From Candidatus Bathyarchaeota archaeon (GTDB taxonomy: Archaea; Thermoproteota; Bathyarchaeia; 40CM-2-53-6), in NCBI GenBank assembly GCA_963726255.1, contig CAVSBL010000002.1, forward strand, positions 1,600,001 through 1,664,000: a stretch of DNA of 64,000 bases, in the 5' to 3' direction. Below are positions 59,722-64,000 of the stretch, piece by piece (positions within the stretch are counted from its first letter, which is position 1; each line of letters begins with the position of its first letter). Both the position numbers and the translations under genes were made by a program. The notes under the pieces were generated by a model. It was given only the letters and a program-made list of their open reading frames with translations. It did not search any database and was not told the origin of the DNA.

Positions 59722-60681
59722 TCACGAGAATGAGGGCAGCAAATCCATCCCGAATCTCTCAACCTGCTTCTCAATTTCGCTAAGTTGAACTACTGCAGGC
59801 ATCAAGACTAACTCCTGAACTCCCGCCTTCGAGAAGCGTTCAATCATCTCTGCGCAATCCTTGGACGTGCCTGTGATCGCACTGTTCGGTGTGGCTTCGC
59901 TCCACGCAGGAAGGTCGCAATATTTTGCAATATATTCAGTGGCGACTCGTTTTGCTTCCGTACCGTTTGCACCCATTCTTATCGGGACCATGTCGCAATT
60001 TCCAAACGTGTTGGCCGCTTTCCCAGCGGCCTGGGCGCTGTCGAGAACTTTCCGCCAGCTTCTTCCGAAGCTCTCAGGAGTGTAGAAGTAAGATATCCAA
60101 CCGTCAGCGAGTTTTCCAACTCGGCGCAGAACAGTGTCAACATAACCGCCCATCCATAACGGCGGATGTGGTTTTTGTACTGGTTTCGGTTCCATGTTTA
60201 CGTTCTTGAAAGTATACTGCCCATACGTCCCATTCACGTTGTTCTCCGTCCACAAGCGTTTCATGACCTGCATATTCGTCTGAAGGGTTCGGCCGCGGGA
60301 ATCAAATGGGTAACCGCACGCTTGAAACTCGCGCTCATACCAACCGGCGGCAACACCTAGCGTGACCCTTCCTTCGCTCAGGTTATCGAGAGTGGCTACC
60401 TGTTTCGAAAGGACGACAGGGTTCCTGATTGAGAGTACAAGTATGCCCGTTCCAAGCCTCACACGCTTCGTAGTTGCGGCAACAGCCGTTAACGTGGTCA
60501 AAGAGTCGTGAACGGGGAAAACATTCTTCGAACCCAGTAGTATGTGATCCCACACCCAGATTGAGAAGTAGCCTAACTCTTCCGCTTTGATTGCGTGTTC
60601 TACCAAATTCCGTGGGCTTATTGATTCCCCGGGTGCGACATAGTTCTGCAAGGCCAAACCAAATCTAATCTTCACCATCAC
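59722..60681 (-). CDS. LLM-class flavin/F420-dependent oxidoreductase
   Basis: SIWVWDH, RLGTGIL, RNPVVLSK and PKPVQKPHPPLWMGG motifs. Confidence 0.92.
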   Translation of the reverse strand: MMVKIRFGLALQNYVAPGESISPRNLVEHAIKAEELGYFSIWVWDHILLGSKNVFPVHDSLTTLTAVAATTKRVRLGTGILVLSIRNPVVLSKQVATLDNLSEGRVTLGVAAGWYEREFQACGYPFDSRGRTLQTNMQVMKRLWTENNVNGTYGQYTFKNVNMEPKPVQKPHPPLWMGGYVDTVLRRVGKLADGWISYFYTPESFGRSWRKVLDSAQAAGKAANTFGNCDMVPIRMGANGTEAKRVATEYIAKYCDLPAWSEATPNSAITGTSKDCAEMIERFSKAGVQELVLMPAVVQLSEIEKQVERFGMDLLPSFS

Positions 60682-60693
60682 TGCGACCTCGAA

Positions 60694-61962
60694 TTACGCT
60701 ATTCCGCACCAATCCAGGATGGTTAGCGCGTAGACCTTTGTCGCCGCTATCACATCATCGATCTTAGCATACTCGTTTGTTGCGTGCATTTGGTCCGTGG
60801 GGCCTGGTCCGAATATTACGGTCGGTGTGTTTGCATATTTGTTAAGAAATCGTATGTCTGCTGCGCCAGTTCTACCGCTGATATTTGGTTGTACCCCTAA
60901 GGCTGTTTGGTAGGCGGACTTCAGGGATTTCACGATATCATGATCGACCGGAATTTCTGACGGTTCCGCGAAATACCCGGTGTACTTGATTGTAGGAGGG
61001 TTGTCCTTCAGCCATGGGTCGGATGACGTGGATGATTCCAGGTGTTCTGCAAAGCCCTTCTTGACTCTGTCAGAGTCTTCTCCGGGAACAGTTGCCATGC
61101 TTCCCTTAAGGAGGCATGAGTCAGGGAACGCACTTGGGTATGATCCCGCTTGGAATACTCCGACGAGGCATGGGATTGTTTCTCTAATGTTTGGGTAGAG
61201 GGGATGGGTAATTATTTTCATGCGTCCTTCTTGAAATTCGGAGACCGCCCTCACAACTAAGTAGCCCTTGTCGATTGCGTTCACGCCTTCCCACTGGCGC
61301 TGAATTCCCGCAGGTTTGCCTTTGATGTGGATTTCATACCATATTCGACCGATGCAGGCTGGTTGAACGTTCATGCTGCTTGTTTCGCCGCTGATGCCAG
61401 CGTCCGCCGTGTAGCCGCGCATGATCGCTGCTAAGGTTCCGTTTCCGCTTAATTCCTCATCAACCGTGTATTCGAGAATTACGTCTCCTTTCAGTTTGAT
61501 GCCAGACTTGATGATGGCGTGCATGGCCATCGTGTAAGCAGCTAGGCCAGCTTTCATGTCGGACGCGCCACGCCCGAAAATCTTGCCATCTCTGACTGTT
61601 CCAGCCCATGGATTGGTTTGCCAAGCGTCCTCGGATCCGGCGGGAATCACGTCAACGTGTCCGTTGAACAGTAGTGAGCGGCCTGAACCATTTCCCTTGT
61701 AACGGCCAACTACGTTCGGTCTGTTCTTGTAGTCTCGTTCAACTGGAACATATCCCGGATGGCGTTTCAGTTCATTGAGGTCGGGTTCCCAGACATCTAC
61801 TGCAATTCCTAAGCGCTCTTTCAGCCAATTAGAGATGAATGCCTGAATGCCCTTCTCGTCACCCGTCACACTGGGATATGAAATAAGTTCACGGAGGAAA
61901 TCGACGATTTCCTTGCTGCTCTTATCGATGTGTGAGAGAACATTTTCGCGTGGTTTGGACAT
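60694..61962 (-). CDS. ArgE/DapE family deacylase (M20)
   Basis: LFNGHVDV, GRGASDMKAG, VDEE and GPG...MH..NE motifs. Confidence 0.92.
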   Translation of the reverse strand: MSKPRENVLSHIDKSSKEIVDFLRELISYPSVTGDEKGIQAFISNWLKERLGIAVDVWEPDLNELKRHPGYVPVERDYKNRPNVVGRYKGNGSGRSLLFNGHVDVIPAGSEDAWQTNPWAGTVRDGKIFGRGASDMKAGLAAYTMAMHAIIKSGIKLKGDVILEYTVDEELSGNGTLAAIMRGYTADAGISGETSSMNVQPACIGRIWYEIHIKGKPAGIQRQWEGVNAIDKGYLVVRAVSEFQEGRMKIITHPLYPNIRETIPCLVGVFQAGSYPSAFPDSCLLKGSMATVPGEDSDRVKKGFAEHLESSTSSDPWLKDNPPTIKYTGYFAEPSEIPVDHDIVKSLKSAYQTALGVQPNISGRTGAADIRFLNKYANTPTVIFGPGPTDQMHATNEYAKIDDVIAATKVYALTILDWCGIA

Positions 61963-61967
61963 TTAAA

Positions 61968-62750
61968 TCAACCGCCCCTTAACATGACCTTCCCTGGATC
62001 GATGGCCCTCAGCACGTTGAGTTCGTGTCGTGTGGGTGGGGTCGTTATTTGCAGGTTGCTTGCGATAGGGAGGTCAAATCCCGTGTTCTCCTGTACGTAA
62101 CGAGATTCGACGCCTCTGTGCACTGCTTCAAGGACAAGCCTCTTTGTCGTTGGGTCAAACCCCATTATTCCCAGGTCCGTTACCACCTTGTAAGGTCCCC
62201 CAAAAATCAGGCCGGCGGTGCTTCTTGAATTGTCCCCTGCCAAGAACCCCGGGCTTGTAACGAAATCGACTTTCTCCACGAATCTGCGTTTCTCATGAAT
62301 TACGCTGATGATCACGCGAGTTGCTGAAGAGGCTATGTCGTTCGCTCCTCCGCTTCCTGGAAACCTAACCTTCGGCTTCTCAACACTTCCAATCAACGAG
62401 GTGTTAATGTTCCCGAATTTGTCGATTTGTGCTGCGCCTAAGAGTCCGTAATCTAGGAAGCCGCGTTGCTGGTAGAGGAATATGTCCGTAATGCTGCAGA
62501 ATGCCATAGCCTTTCGCCCAGCTCGAACCTCATTCGTGGAGAGAGGCATTTTGCCCCGTTTCAGCTCCGGTGCAATTATTCCGCCTTCGAATATGATTGA
62601 CAGGTTCGGGCTGTGGGTGAGCTGGGCCAGTAATGCTGCTGCCATCGGTAGGCCTATGCCAACGAACACCGTCTTCTTGTCCTCCAATAGTCTCGACGTG
62701 ATGACGGCCAGCAATTCTGCCTTCGAGTATTCGGCTTTACTTGAGGGCAT
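61968..62750 (-). CDS. family I CoA-transferase beta subunit (glutaconate/3-oxoadipate type)
   Basis: FVGIGLP, IFEGG (catalytic Glu position), GAAQIDKFGNIN and PGSGGANDI motifs. Confidence 0.9.
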   Translation of the reverse strand: MPSSKAEYSKAELLAVITSRLLEDKKTVFVGIGLPMAAALLAQLTHSPNLSIIFEGGIIAPELKRGKMPLSTNEVRAGRKAMAFCSITDIFLYQQRGFLDYGLLGAAQIDKFGNINTSLIGSVEKPKVRFPGSGGANDIASSATRVIISVIHEKRRFVEKVDFVTSPGFLAGDNSRSTAGLIFGGPYKVVTDLGIMGFDPTTKRLVLEAVHRGVESRYVQENTGFDLPIASNLQITTPPTRHELNVLRAIDPGKVMLRGG

Positions 62751-63729
62751 CTCGCATATTCTTCCTCAATTTGCTTAGTCTAGTCGGCCCGATTTTAGTG
62801 AGAAAGTTCTGAAATGATTTGGTTCCGTATACAAATTCCTCTGCGTACTCTTTGGCGCCCTCGATTCCTTTTTCGTTTGTCCGCTCTGCGAATTTCGCGA
62901 AGTGATCAAAATCTGCTTCGTACAAGCCCCAGCATTCGCTTGGGTAGGATCCATTAGGAACCTTGACAACCGCGTCGACACAGAAGAATGGAATTGTCGT
63001 CATGTCCGGTTGTTTTCGGAATGTTGTCGAATCGACGACTTTTTCAACGGTTACAATTACTCGTTCGGATGCTCGAGCAATGTCTTGGTCCATGAACTCG
63101 TAGCCGCCAATATGCACGTTACCCGCTTCGTCCGCCATCTGAGCGTGGATGATACCAACATCTGGGTAAAGAGCCGGCACAAGCAGCATTCTCTCACCCG
63201 AGTAGGGACAGGTCATACTTTTCACGTCGCTTGCTTTCTCGAGGTCAGTTCCGAGCATAGAGAACGTGGGTAGAAAAGTAACTCCCATGGCTGCGGCCCT
63301 GTATCGAAGCCCGAGTGACAGGTGGCTCCACTCTTCAAAAGTAACAAGCTGCCGCTCAACCGCTGAACGCATTACCCTCGAGATTCCCCAAGCATAACCT
63401 ATACTCCACCAACTGGTAACCACTTTTGTCAGCAGTGCCGCTCCGAGAAGTAGGTCAGCTTCCATTCCAACGAGGCTTCTCGACAGCGTTAGGCCTCCAA
63501 TTCGCTGGCGTATGATTTCATGGATGGCAGCGGTCGGCGTTCTTGAGTAGAGGCATCCGCCGATCGCGATGTGGGAACCTTCATTCGCAAATCGTCTAAC
63601 TGCTTCGCCGAGCGTCATTATCTTTGATTGACGTGACTTGATTTTCTCCTCAATCTTCCGCCTCTTTTCTTTGAGGTCAAGCGTGTAGCGCGATGTCACT
63701 GTGTTCAACAACGCTCCAATTCCCCCCAA
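62737..63729 (-). CDS. family I CoA-transferase alpha subunit (GctA-like)
   Basis: RTPTAAIHEI, AAAMGVTFLP, CPYSGE and IIHAQMADEAGN motifs. Confidence 0.9.
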   Translation of the reverse strand: MGGIGALLNTVTSRYTLDLKEKRRKIEEKIKSRQSKIMTLGEAVRRFANEGSHIAIGGCLYSRTPTAAIHEIIRQRIGGLTLSRSLVGMEADLLLGAALLTKVVTSWWSIGYAWGISRVMRSAVERQLVTFEEWSHLSLGLRYRAAAMGVTFLPTFSMLGTDLEKASDVKSMTCPYSGERMLLVPALYPDVGIIHAQMADEAGNVHIGGYEFMDQDIARASERVIVTVEKVVDSTTFRKQPDMTTIPFFCVDAVVKVPNGSYPSECWGLYEADFDHFAKFAERTNEKGIEGAKEYAEEFVYGTKSFQNFLTKIGPTRLSKLRKNMRDALK

Positions 63730-63821
63730 TTAATTCGCCGAAAGCAGAAAACAATGTTGGTTCTAACGAGTCTTTGGCAAGTGTTATATCGCAATTGAGA
63801 GCAATGCAAACCAGGATAAAA

Positions 63822-64000
63822 ATGTCAACGAAACAAGGAACGAAAAAAACACTTGCTATAGTTGTCGCCGCAATCGTACTCCTAGCGGTCGTGGGTGGAG
63901 CGTACTACTACACGACTACGACAACACCAATGCAACAAACATCAACAATGCAGGAGTCAATGACCACACCAGTGACGTCTGCTGCTGCACAACCGATCAA
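63822..64000 (+). CDS. membrane-anchored protein, N-terminus only (probably an ABC substrate-binding protein)
   Basis: MSTKQGTKK-TM-YYY followed by a Thr/Ser-rich linker and QPI; runs off the window. Confidence 0.65.
   Translation, partial: MSTKQGTKKTLAIVVAAIVLLAVVGGAYYYTTTTTPMQQTSTMQESMTTPVTSAAAQPI

Overview
Gene-dense archaeal chromosome segment, most likely TACK/Bathyarchaeia-like. This is inferred from the archaeal shikimate kinase, the ADH-synthase/DHQ-synthase II route, a thermosome, Hef, UPF0147/UPF0148 and frequent TTG/GTG starts. The window holds an aspartokinase-asd-aro operon (1-8.1 kb), a MoxR/DUF58/DUF4129 cluster, and two convergent ABC-2 exporters around a COG1361-type protein and a 1277-aa surface protein. 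It also holds a complete trpEGDCFBA operon and an uncharacterised catabolic island (Mo-hydroxylase, LLM oxidoreductase, M20 deacylase, CoA-transferase, SAMP, binding protein). I saw no rRNA, tRNA, CRISPR array or transposase. Best candidate for a new system: trpE has no in-frame ATG/GTG/TTG upstream of its conserved N-terminal motifs. The only SD-led ATG opens an 18-codon frame with CTT-TGG (Leu-Trp), exactly where a prfB-type +1 slip (CTT to TTT) enters the trpE frame, suggesting a tryptophan-sensing frameshift. A second 18-codon, Tyr-containing leader ORF with the same +1 geometry precedes the aro operon. Caveat: four other genes here carry frameshifts that look like assembly indels, so read-level and cross-genome checks are essential.
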